NCBI RefSeq assembly: GCF_964355755.1
Contig: NC_092672.1
Span: 3,906,001 to 3,970,000 of the forward strand
Origin: Antedon mediterranea
Lineage: Eukaryota > Animalia > Echinodermata
Direction of reading: 5' to 3'
Length of the DNA stretch: 64,000 nucleotides
The notes beneath the pieces were generated by a model. That model saw nothing but the letters and a program-made list of their open reading frames with translations. It ran no database searches and had not been told where the DNA came from. The position numbers and the translations under genes were made by a program. Of the stretch, positions 1-13,100 are shown piece by piece; within the stretch, counting starts at the first letter, position 1; every line of letters starts with the position of its first letter.

Positions 1-2985
1 AACACTACCATCGATGAGCTACACACAGCCATAGATGAATCTGTCATAGATTATACAGGCAAACTTGATAGTGGCAGCTTCGACGACGAAGACATTCCTG
101 TTGACAGCATTTGCGACAACGTTCACGACTCGTCACAGATGACATCACATTATGAGAATATGACATCAAATGATGAACATGAAAATGAGTGCGCTAAGTT
201 TCTGATTAAAAACATTGACACATCGTGTTCTTATGAAAGTGAGAATAAACTGTTGAACTATTTCAATAAAAGAATTGAACAAAATGATTCTGTCAGAATT
301 TTAGATTTGGCGCCAAACGACAATACAGGCGTTTTGTCGTCTGAAAAACTAATCGGCGCGGAATCCGTTTCTTTGGTGGAAGAAAGGACAATAGCAAGCC
401 CTCATGACGTTTTATACGAGTCGGAAAGTGACGTAGATTCAGCGAACGACGCGTCGGACAAACACCCAACATCGTCGGATATATTCTTTTCGATAATTAA
501 TTGCACAAGTCACTATGCTGGAATGAAATCGGAAGCAGCAACACTCACCGATGGTTCATCATCAAGCATAGCTAGGCACGGGGATCCACGTGAAACAAGT
601 GTATCTACACATGGTAACCCACGTGCAACCAATTACGAACCCGGGGAAAGCAATGACAAAGAAGTATGCCCAGAAAACAAAACCGATTTCATTAATAAAA
701 CACCACAAGCTAGCGATTTAACACCGATAAATTCAATAGAAGCTTACACACAGACATCCGATAGCTTATATTGTTTGCATAATAATAATAACGAATGTCC
801 TCGAAATAAGGTCATTTCAGGTAATTCATTAAAAACGCACAGGCTTGGCCAATGGCGACATAAGAGCTCACATGGTCAAGGCTGTACCCGGAACAACGGC
901 AATGAGAATATCCAGTCAGCTTCTAAACTTCAAAATGGACAGTTATGTGTAAAACAAGCACAGCTCAAAGGAAATTCACTTATTATACACAGTTCCGGCG
1001 GTAAAAACAGACTAGTGAAACTTGCAGCCAAACCGGCCAAGTCAAATAATACTCGGTTGTCAGCGTGGAAACCAATACATGAAACTGTGTCACCGACTCT
1101 TGATTTTGATAGTTTTGAATCAAATCTACGACCAATAAAAACAATCGAAAGGCGACCACAGCTTGCTGAATATTGTAACGAAAACGGAACAGTAAGTATT
1201 GCTACTTCTTCAAACACATCTGAAACTGTAGGCCGAGTTCAAGTCTCCAGTGAAACGTTCCAACAAAGTCTCGAAGAAAACCAGCGTACTACTACTGAAT
1301 CCGACAGCTCAGATATTATGAAGGTAATAACAGATTCCTCAACACAAGTCGATCTACCAGAAACGCCAAAGTCGCCGACACGTCAATACACTGTCGAATG
1401 TCCAGTAATCGAGCCGACTTCACCAACAGGAAAACGATGCATGAGGAAGATGTCGTTGGAGATCTCGTTTGTGGATTCTCCTACTCCACTAACTCCAACG
1501 TCACCAGATGGAAAGGATAGCACGGACCGTAGACGTCAGAGCTGGCCGGAGTATAGATCGACTGAAGCAGAGTAAGTCTAGTATGGTATGAGGTTTATAT
1601 ATATATAAATATAATTACCTACATGGTAGGCACGATTATATGCTCTAATTTAAAGAGAATTTAGAAAACCTTTTTTGGACACCCCCCTATTCAGGGACAC
1701 CCCTATTCAGGAACTCTCTCGTGAAACAAACAAAAGGAAATATGTATTTTTATTATTATTATTCAGGAGAGACACATCTCTATTTATTATGTGGACACTT
1801 ATTTGAGTCTCGAACATGTCTCGAGGGGTGTTACTGTATCAGAAACATGTTTCAAACAAACAAATTGAATAGTTCCCAACATACGTTTACTACCCAATTT
1901 AATAGTTTCATGGTCTTTTATTCATCACAACACAACATCCATCGGTTTTTGTAAGGTCAACCAAAAAATAATAAATTGATAGTAAGGACAAACGTTAAGG
2001 CCGCACAACCCTGCAAAATAATTACAGTATTATCTTAATAATTGTATAACTAATACAGCCTATTAGGACAAAACTGCAAAGTATTTATTAAAATAATAAT
2101 ATTACAGTATTTTAATAACTGCATAATTACTAATTATTACACAGGTATAAACTTAGGCCGTCCAATGAAGCAAACATCAGCACAATAAACAACAACACTG
2201 TCGGGAGTCAAACTACAACAAAAGAATGTCGTCGTAAAGAAACGGCGCCGCTACCGCCGCCGCATCCACCGGGACGATTTATGTACCAATTCGCCGTCCC
2301 GCGTGCGTATGTACGTACCGTCATTGGCAAACAGGTACGTGTGTGCATGGAATATTCAAACAATATTAATTGATAACAACGTATGTTATGTTTTTTAAGT
2401 GTGAATAATCGTTTTGTGTTTATGTGGCTTAAACGGATTCAGTTTGTCCTCACCTTGTCGTTCGAGTAAAGAATACGGATATATAACAGTGTAGTTTATT
2501 ATCAGTTAATCTACGCACTATTAATTGCATGATTACATTTCGTAGGCCCGAGTAATTCGTCGATTACGACTGAGAACTGGTGCAACGATATCGGTCAACT
2601 ATCCTCGTGGCTTTGATGGGTGTACGTGCACGATCGAAGGTATACCACATTTTTAAAATTATATGCATACCGAATTGACTATCATCTTTTTCCGGTTACA
2701 TCATTTCATAGAGGAACAATATTAAATATTGATATACTAGTATAGGGGGGATTTACGATATAACCCCGCTGGATTTTCTTTTGTAACACACAATGCATTC
2801 ACATTGGAAGTTCAAGGGAACCGCAAAGCAATGTGGAAAGTGTGTTTTGAATTATAATCATTATAAAATAATATATGTATCTTTTTACTATAGGCACGTA
2901 CAGTCAGGTTCTAGGTGCTGTGCTGATATTAAGACAGAATTTCCCGTTACTTGATTGGAGTCAAGACGAACCGGAACAGACGTGA
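1..2985 (+). CDS. 3' part of a gene: large low-complexity S/T/N/E-rich exon followed by three small exons encoding a C-terminal type-I KH domain (AKAP1/Spoonbill-like KH)
   Basis: Frame 1 is open from base 1. Exons 1-1571 (GA|gtaagt), 2145-2334, 2546-2639 and 2894-2985 have GT-AG junctions with compatible phases. They give ...YQFAVPRAYVRTVIGKQ|ARVIRRLRLRTGATISVNYPRGFDGCTCTIE|GTYSQVLGAVLILRQNFPLLDWSQDEPEQT*, a KH pattern (VP..V..VIGKx..I..L...TGA.I...C.IEG...V..A...I). AATAAA at 3301. The 478-aa ORF-track protein is the unspliced read-through of the first exon. Confidence 0.8.
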
Positions 2986-4185
2986 TTCATGCTTTTAAAG
3001 TTTAAATTGACGTTAAGGATTTAAGACAGAATTTCCCATTACTTGATTGGAGTCAGGACAAGTCGGAACAGACGTAATTTAAATTGACGTTAAGGATTTC
3101 CAGGGATGAGGGTGACGGGGTTAAAGTACAGTAATTTAATAATGGTTACACACAGTTTTAGACGCAACGTAGCAGACTAAATGGTCCACCGTCATCAAAC
3201 CTACACCCTAATTTTGTCCTGAGGAACCAGCTCTTTGTAAATAAGACTTTGTAAATATGTTAACAATATGAATGATGTAAATAAATTGGTAATTTATTAC
3301 AATAAATTGTTGTTTATTTTATTAGTCTGTTAAATGTTTGTTTGTTTAAACACGTATTTAGATTGTGTATACATACGTACCGTTAGTTTTAACACGCAAG
3401 TTAAATTTCGCACTCAGGAGGACAAATGAGTACCTTTGCATTAAATTAAAATAAAGTATAATATCGTTTAAAGTTTTAAAATAAGCAAATTTTATTCAGT
3501 AATACGAAATATACAACTATATACAAGTATAAATATTTTGATATCATTTAAATTATTTAAAGTATAAAATGTTTATAATACAAAACAACTATTTATTTTT
3601 ATAAACAAACGTATTTTAGATCGTCTTAAAAACTCTATAAAACTCTTAAATCAATAAATATACAAATTTATTATACATGATACAGCAAAAAAAGTAAAAT
3701 GCGATTTTAATTTATCTTTTTAAAAAATTGATTGGTAATCACACTCTATTGAACCTCACCATCATCACTGGTTAGGCTTATTTTGACTCGTATGCGTCAT
3801 ATTTATTGGGTAATTCTATAAAAATCAACTGGCAACTCTTTCATCGTGTACACTGGTCGATAATAGTCTATAGCGTTGTTTTATTTAGTCGTTTCTTCAA
3901 CAAGAACTTACATAGCTTACCCATGTTGACATAATTTACCAGGCAGTAAAAACTCTAAGCTCTGTCTAAACTATCACATTTTATGTGGCAAGAAAATGTG
4001 ATGTGCCCATATATGGACATGATGAAACCGTACCACTACTATATTTGGGCACATCGTTTTAGAGGAGTATTCGTTTCCCCTCAACATATCTTCTTTGAAA
4101 TCAACTGTTAACTGTTGTCATTTGACAACATCTATTATCTCCAATTCAATTGCTATGTTTTGATTAAAGTTTAACCAAAAACCCC

Positions 4186-7100
4186 TTACGTTTTTTGATC
4201 AACTATCACTGTACCATCTTTATCTTTAACTCGTATTCGGCCAGTTGAGTAGCGCGTTTCTTGACGCCCATCAGGATAAACAGTTTTCACCGTACCATCT
4301 GGGTACTCCCGTTTCTGTAATAATTTCATTTTTTTTAAATAATAAAATATTCCAAAGAGACCGCAGGAATAGCGCTTAAAGAGGAGCATGAAATTATGTT
4401 GGTTTTTTTGAACAATTTTTTTTTATATATTTAGGTAAATTGCCAAGGATAACTAACCATAAGCGAATTCATTCACTATCCTTCTTAAAGGTGGCAATCT
4501 CGTTTACAAGACAAACATATACACAAGATGCTCTACATAAACAAAGTCTTTATTACAAGTCTTTGGGAGTGGAGTTGTAATTAGTCATTAGAAAAAATCC
4601 TGACATAGGACTTGAACCCAGGACTTTTGGATTGGCAGCCAAGCATCATAAGTCACAACTCCACTGCCAACTAAAAGCAAGTTTGTACAAATGTGTGATA
4701 GTTACTTACTTTGTATTGAGCCGTATGAACCTCTCTCTGTCCGTTGGCAAACTCCATTACTTTATCACCATTTTGCTCCATGCGAAGAACGGTACCATCT
4801 CCAAAGATACTTTCCTCTCTTCCGTTGGGAAAGAGGTACTTAATGGTTTGATCCGGGAAAGTGATTTCTTTCGTTCCATCAGGATAATGTTTCTCCATCT
4901 GATTACTATTATACCATAGAATAATATTAAAAAACTTGGATATTTGTACAGCACTTTTATATTTGATGCTGGCCTAGTAGTAAATAAGATAAGTATTCAC
5001 CAATAGGCGAAATGAAACCATCACCCAAAGATGAAAAATGACAATTAACATTGTGATTGTATTTTCAAAGTTGTTGTTGTATTGTTAGTTGTATTTGTAC
5101 AGAATTTAATTTTCTTTTTTTATTGTAAAACATTTTTAGCTGTGTGCTATTGTTTTTATATACTGTATTAAATTTTTGTTTTAATCAATATATAGGCCAT
5201 TTGTAGTTTTTACAAAGGTAATCACTTTCATAGGAAAAAACCCCAAAAAATAATGTTTTCAATTAATTATAAAATTACAAAATAAACAGTTAAATTCAAC
5301 TAAAAACATATTGACTTTCAAACTAATTTTTTGCTTTTAATTACAGTTTTTTGGGTAAATAATTTTTTTTCCCGATCCAATTTTTGGTCAAAATGAATAA
5401 CTATTATGTGACATTAAAATGGCATATTAAAAAAATATATTAAAAACAAACATTTTTCAGGGGGACAATATAATGTGATGTTGAAAACAACCACACTATC
5501 CTAGACTCAACTCACTAAATGGTAATCAATATACCTATCCAGAATGAACTATTCAATTCAATTTTCAATTCAATTCAATTCAAAATTCTGTAATCATCCC
5601 ACACGGGGAAATTCAAATAAAAAGGTCTGGATTGGAACTACGTTCAACTGGCTATTAATAATCATTGGAAATATGCCTAAAGAAAAAAGAACGGAATTTA
5701 CTTGGCAAACTGTAGGATCTCTAGACCATCTTGATAGGTGGTGTGAGTGGTTTGTGTTTCTTGATAGTAATACACCTACAAGTAATAAAGGTAGCAAGTT
5801 AAATAACCACATGTTATATCAATAACAATAATACTCCAGTAATCACCCACTTGGTTTAAATGCTGGAGTGAATTAGTTTGTTGAGCCTTTTCTACACTAT
5901 CAAACTTTATGTGACAAAAAAATGTGATATGCTCATATATGGACATGATGATTTGGGCACATCACACTAGTTTGATAGTGTAGACAAAGCTTTAGGATAA
6001 TATACAGAACACATGCTGAAAAGATGAGGTTCGCATATCAGTTTTGAACAGTTGTTAAGCTCTGTCTACACTATTAAATTAATTTTACAGAAAAAGTGTG
6101 ATTTGCCCAAATATGGTAGTCATCATCATGTCCATATATGGGCACATCACATTTTTTGTCACATAAAGTTTGATAGTGTAGACAGAGCTTTAGTAGAGAG
6201 CCAAAACTGTCATCCCCCATGCCCAGCGAACAGTTGAGAAATTGGCTGAGCTGCAATCCAACTTTGTTGAAGTACAAGTGTATACTGCAGTTATAGATTG
6301 TGAAAATTATACCTAGTTGTACCCAAATTGTACTTACAACACGCTGGTCTGGTAAAATCTGCTTGATGTCTCCATTGAAGAATGTTACTGTAATAGTTTC
6401 ACCATTAGAGCTTATGTCCTTCCTAGTTCCATTCTTAAATAGTATCACTCTAGAACCATCTTTGTTGACATGCTCAACCTGTACAAACAAAATATGAAAA
6501 CCTTATGTAAAGCTCTGTCTACACTATCAAACTTGATGTGACAGAGAAGTGTGCCCAATTATGGTAATGATATGACATCATCATGTCCATATATGGGCAC
6601 ATCACATTTTTTTGTCACATAAACTTTGATAATGTGGATGAGTCTTGATTCAGCCAATGTCTACAAACAAAATCAGGCTAGCTAACCTACTTTTGTGACT
6701 GTTAACATATGATTAGTTCGTTCATTTTGTTTTATTATGGAGAAATAAATCTAACTTAATATTTCTCCATGGTTTTATATATTTTGGTATATTGACTGAA
6801 ATAACAAGACGCTCTATAATAAACACAGCCTTAAGCAAATCCTTGGGAGTGGAGTAATTTGTAATGTGATAAAAAAAATCTGACATCTGACAGGATTTGA
6901 AACCTGTTTGTGTGTGTGTGTAGAGCATGTTGACCACAAATAATCTGTACGGTATACGTTTTTTTGTACACTAACCTTGCCATCTGGATGTTGAATACTA
7001 TTATCTGTTCCATCTTCTTCAGATAACTTTCCACTTTCTTTAGATATCTCTTCATTGCTGTTACCTTTCATTGCATCATTCTCTTGGCTGTGGGGCCAGC

Positions 7101-10100
7101 CCCATGCACTTGGCCTAGGCTGGTGGTCTGTTTCTGGACTCTTTTCAGGAGATTTCTCTTTATCTTTCTGCTTCTTAGGAGACTTATCATAAACGGGTGT
7201 GTTTATCTTTAATGATCTTTAAAAAGTAATAAGTTGTGGTTATACACTTTACCAGATGCTGTAGTTTTACCATTCAATCAAAACATGTACAAGAGAATAG
7301 CATAAATCAGGGCAATGCAAAAATAAAAAAGTTTAAAAATGCCAGTTTAAGTTTAGTTCAACATTTACATATTTGGACATAATACATTTTAAAGTTCTAA
7401 AGTGTGATGTGCCCATATATGGACATGATGACCATGATGATCATATCACTATCATATTTGTCAGGTAAAGTTTAATGATAGTGTAGACAGAGCTTAAAAG
7501 AAATTTAGTTCTCATGCTAACATAATTCAAGGATATTATTTGTACAGTATATATACAGTGGCTTAAGCCCTGTCTACACTATCAAAACTAGTTTGACAAA
7601 AACAGTGTGAGGTGTCCAAATACAGGCATTTTTTTGGTCATGTGACGTTTAATAGTGCAGACGGAGCTTTACATATTGGTATAAGATATTAAATGCAGAC
7701 AAAGAAATAGGGAGTAACTTAATTAAAGCAACATATGACATGTTGGGCTGTAATGCTATAGATTAGCGAATGACACTGTTGCTACTCACATGTGAACACC
7801 CCATTAACAATCAGAATAACAGTGACACACAAATTGTCAAACCAAATAGTACAATACGATATAAAGCTCTGCCTACACTATCAAACTTTATGTGACAAAA
7901 AAAATGTGAGGTGCCCATATATGGACATGATGATGTCATATCACTACAATATTTAAGCATATCACTGCCATATTTGGGCACATCATAATTTCTTTTGTCA
8001 AACTATATGATAGTGTGGACAGAGCTTAAGATGAAGAAGACATAAAACGACACGAAATAATCCGTCTAAAGTAGTCCAACTGTTGTACAGTAGAATAGTA
8101 TACATGTTACATGCAGCCTTTATACAAGAGTACAAGAAAGTTGAAATATGCATTGCAGGCAGATGCAAAAAATATGTGCTGAATTTATTTAATATAATCA
8201 ACATACCAATTCCAGTTGGCTGCACCAAGTAAAGTAAAATAGTATCAGATTTAATTATACATTAAAACTCTTCATTGTCATTGAAACATATCAAACACAT
8301 GTTTAGTCATTTAGTAAAGAACCTAAATTAAATTTAGGCCAACAATTATAGGGTGTATTCTATTTGTTATTTTGTTCGCATTTCCTATCCTAACACTCAC
8401 TTGATATCATGTTGGTTTTTATCCTGTGAATCAATGTCAAAATCACCTTCCTCTTGCCTGGGATGCGCCTGTGTGGACGGTACATACATCTCTGGTAGCG
8501 CTTGAGTGGACGGTACATACACCTCTGGTAGCGCTTGATATGATAACTGAGAGCTGCTTTTCTTTTTCTTTACTTTTTTCTGTAACAAATTGTAAAAACT
8601 AATTTAATGACTTGACCCCTGACCTTTAACACACCAAAGTTATTTCGATTTTCTTTTGCATATTACTTATTGTTGAATACAATAAAATGTCATTTATTTC
8701 AATTGACATTATATTACTGACCTTTAAACTACTACCAACCTTTCAACTATGACTGACCTTTAAACTATGACTGACCTTTAAACTATGACTGAACTTTTAA
8801 CTATAACTGACCTTTGAACTATCTTTTTGTAGATTTTCTAATCGTTTTTCTTCAAATTGTTTTATATCATCGCGAAGTTTGTTATTCTCATCATTTAAAA
8901 CCTCAATTCTCTTGTGCAGCCTACTTGAACTGGCCGTCCAACGTCGTTCTTTGTTGTTCAGTTCCTCTTGCAATTCACTTATCTACAATAAAATTAGATA
9001 ATACACAAATAAATTGTGTAAGGAACAATAATTCCCGGAGTTAGATATCTTTAGTAATAATCTCTGCAAGTTTTGTAACATTGTTAGTAGTTTAGTATTT
9101 TTTATTGTATGTGTACGTGTCTGTGTTCCCTCACTGTAAGTGATGAACCATGAGTTCACTGTTGGTTGGGAAATGAAATAAATAAATAAAAATAAAATAT
9201 AAATGAATGTGATCAAGTATGTAAGTTTCTTCCTAAAGCGTGGTTCCCACTAGCGACGCAACACAAGTACGTAACGCAACGCAAGTGAATTGACCAATCA
9301 CAAGCGATGGCTTATTCGCTTGTAATTACTGTCTATAACTTCGCTTGTCATTGGTTAAAACGCTTGCGTTGCGTTTACGTCCTTGCGTTACGTTCTAGTG
9401 GGAACCAAGCTTAAACCTTAATGAAAAAATGATATTACTTATCGGTCAGTGTACAGGCATATATATTTAAATTTGCATTTAAAGCTCAGGTACAGGCATG
9501 AATTTTAAATATAATATTTGGTTAATTGTACATAAATCAAATATTTGTAACAGAAATCAAGACGAAAAAACATCAATTTCCCGTAATATGGACAAATACA
9601 AAATTTGGCAAAATTCTTCCATAAAAACCAGTATAATTTTTTTCAGTAGTTAGGTAGTTAACCTAATGTAATAACATGTCTGGTGACTCCCTAGATGGTG
9701 AAAAAAGATGGTGGATATACAGTGGATAATTTTTGCTATAGCATGAAAATAAAAATCTGAAGTTAAATAAAAATATCCGAAATGTAATATTTAAGTTATA
9801 TTACCTATATTTAGTCATCTGATAACATTTTTTACCACACCGTTTATTTTTCATAGCTTTTTAAAACACCTCTCTATTTACAAAATTTGTGTACAAAAGA
9901 ATAGAGATTTTACTGTGTAATTTCCCCCCACTGATTAGAAAGTGCTTATTTTCAACAAGCTCGTGTAACACAAATAAAATCCCAAAAATTATGAAACATA
10001 GGGGAAACTATAGATCGATAATTATTGGAATGTATGATCAATAGAAATGTTTTGCCCGCACCTGGCCTTTAAGATTAAGTATTTCAGTAAACAATTCAAT

Positions 10101-13100
10101 ATAATTGAATCCATTTTTCACTTTTTCTAATAAAAAAATTTCAAATTCTTCTTCTTTATTACCTCATCCTTCAAACGTTCTATCTCTTCTCTTCCTTTCT
10201 TGTCTGGCATACTCTTCATAGCCTGCTGATACTTTTCAAAATTACGTCTTTCTTTTCTAAAAATAGAAATTATGACCGCTGAATGTAAATATTAAAAGCT
10301 TGCCTTTTTGACATCTCGATCAGCTAGCTAGGTTTTTACATTGCAATTAATTTCAAGTTTCCTATCCAATCCATCCTAAGTCAAGATTTAAACGCCTTTA
10401 GGGCACAATATTGCATTCCAGTACAATATACAGTGCATTATGGTATGATATTAATAACATACTTACTTTAATTTTTTAGTTTCCTCTGCCTTAAATTCCT
10501 CTAATCTTTTTAATTCTTCATTTTTCTGTTTTTCAAACGTTGCAATTTCATTTTTTAAAAGTTCAAGGTCCTGTTTAAAAATAAAAAAAATATTGATTAC
10601 ATTATGTTTATTTATAGAAAATGAGGTGTTTTCCTAAATTTAAAACTACAAAAGAAACTTGGATGCAAGACGAACAAATACAGGTTTAAATTATAATTAA
10701 GATCAACACTCAATACAAGAAACACTACTCATCTAACCTTTTCTCTTTCAGCCCTAAGTTTAGCAAGAGCGCTATTCTCCGTGCGGAATCGTTCTATTTC
10801 TTTCTCAAGTTCACAGAGTTTATCGCGTAAGAGTTTTGATTGTACTCCTTGCCCGAGTGGAATGGCGTGAGCTTGACGAAGCTGTGCTTGATGGTGAACC
10901 TGAAAAAAGTTTAGTTAACTTTTATTGTAGAGTATTGAAGATAACTATATTATTAGGCGAAGATGTTTTTTACTACTTGTATGTATAATCCATCATGATG
11001 AATCAGTGAGAACAACATGGTTGAAATCATTGGTGTGATAAAGCTTATTTATGCAAAGTATCTGATGATAGACACCTGTCATATTATGTTAATCATAAAC
11101 TTAACCCCACCATCATTTCAAACAAAGTATTAATATTATGTAATTGAATTTTACACATTTATTACCTGTTCTTCTGTTGGTTGTTTCTTCAATGTTGGAA
11201 ATAGTTTAGATGCTAGTTCAGCCATAGGGGGCGCACTTTCTTCAGTACTGAAATCGCTCATTTGACGCTGTGGAACTGTAGAGGATGCTATCTGCCCATT
11301 GGTTTCAACATGTATGATTGGTTGTTGATGTTGGATAAAACATCTATCATCTAACAATTATATAACAAACAATTTTAAATAAATTATAAATAACAAATGT
11401 TCGAATATAGCTACTGAAACTGATTTTTAAATTATTAAAATAAGCGTCTTGACAAAAGATATTATGGGATGAATATTTGTAACTTTACCATTTTCATTTG
11501 CAGCAATATTCGTTCCAATAACTGGATCTCCAGCGGTTATATTCTCATCACCACTACTTGAATCATCTGCTGCAAACTCTCCCCAGCTCTCATCATCATC
11601 AAAATCAATATCAAGCTGATGTGATGATGTCATCTTCTGTGGAGTGTCATCGTTACCATCAAGCTCTACTTCATCTTCTTCCTCGTTCCTTTTAACAGCC
11701 ATCACTTGTCTGCTATGCAATGTTGATATTCGTTTCATCTTTGGAGAGTAGTCACTTGCGTCTGAATTGTCATCAATTTCATCCTCTTCCAAGGTATCAC
11801 TTTCATCTTCTTCAGTTGGACTTCCTCCTTTCCTTCTTTCGTTATTCTCATCTTCATCTCTCAATCCTTGTTCCATCATTTCAAAATCTTCCGCCATTGA
11901 CTGTCTTTTCCTCTCAATCACTTTGTGTTCTTCAGAGAATTTCTTCCCATTCTGGTTGGAATGTTGTGCAATCTTATTGGATAGACCATCAATGGCAGAA
12001 CTTGGATCACTGCCATCTCTTACATCCTTCGGGTCTTTTATTTGATTCTTCATCGCTGCCCTCTGCATCACTTTTAACACCAATGATGCATTACTGGAGA
12101 AAGATGCATTGTCATCTGCTGCTTGTTCTAACAATTCAAATTCATCCAGATCATCCTTCTCTTCCTACAAATAATATCAACATTTTAGATAACAATATCA
12201 ACATTTTAGATAACAATATCAACATTTTAGATAAAAATATCAACATTTTAGATAATAATATCAACATTTTAGATAACAATATCAACATTTTAGATAACAA
12301 TATCAACATTTTAAATAACAATATCAACATTTTAGATACAATATCAACATTTAATATTATATCAACATAATGATATCAACATTAGATAATGATATCAACA
12401 TTGTAGATAACGATATCCACATTTTAGATAACGATATCAACATTTTAGATAACAATAACATCATTTTAGATAACAATATCAACATTTTATATAATGATAT
12501 CAACATTATAGATAATGATATCAACATTTTAGATAACGATATCAACATTTTAGATAACAATATCAACATTTTAGATAACAATATCAACATTTTAGATAAT
12601 GATATCAACATTTTAATAACAATATCAACATTTTAGATAACAATATCAACATTTTAGATTTAACAATATCAACATTAAATAATATTACATTTTTAGATAC
12701 AGTAATTGTACCAATGTATTAGATAAAACCACTTTTTTTAAATATTTGAGTTATTAATATTATCCAAAAACAAATGTGGTTTTATGGCTTTTGAAGTTGA
12801 ATAAATAGAACTGTACAATTACCTCCACCCTAACTTGCCAATCAAGAACTTTATTCTGGAATGACACCTCTATTGTATCGTCCAGGTCAGATTTACTTAG
12901 ACTGCCTTGTCCAGCAAACTCTTGCTCTTTGACATGTGACTGAATTGGCTTGCTCATTACACCTACTGGTGATGTTACAATGGTTGATTTGGTAATTGCA
13001 CTTTTGCTTGCAGGTTTTGGTTCAGGTTTTAAAACCAACCTGTTGGTGGGAGTCAATGGTTTTACTGCAACTTTTCTTGAAATCTAGAATGGAAAGATAT

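Noticed and set aside
1572-1575. Stop codon ending the 478-aa ORF as the true C-terminus
   Set aside because: It overlaps a consensus donor (GA|gtaagt) that splices in frame to the KH exons.
11720-12636. ORFs of 216, 88 and 84 aa with NNINILD / MLILLSK repeats
   Set aside because: Stop-free reading of a 21-bp intronic minisatellite, plus the antisense strand of a CENPJ exon.
12170-12700. CRISPR-like array
   Set aside because: Head-to-tail repeats without unique spacers, in a eukaryotic intron, with no cas genes.
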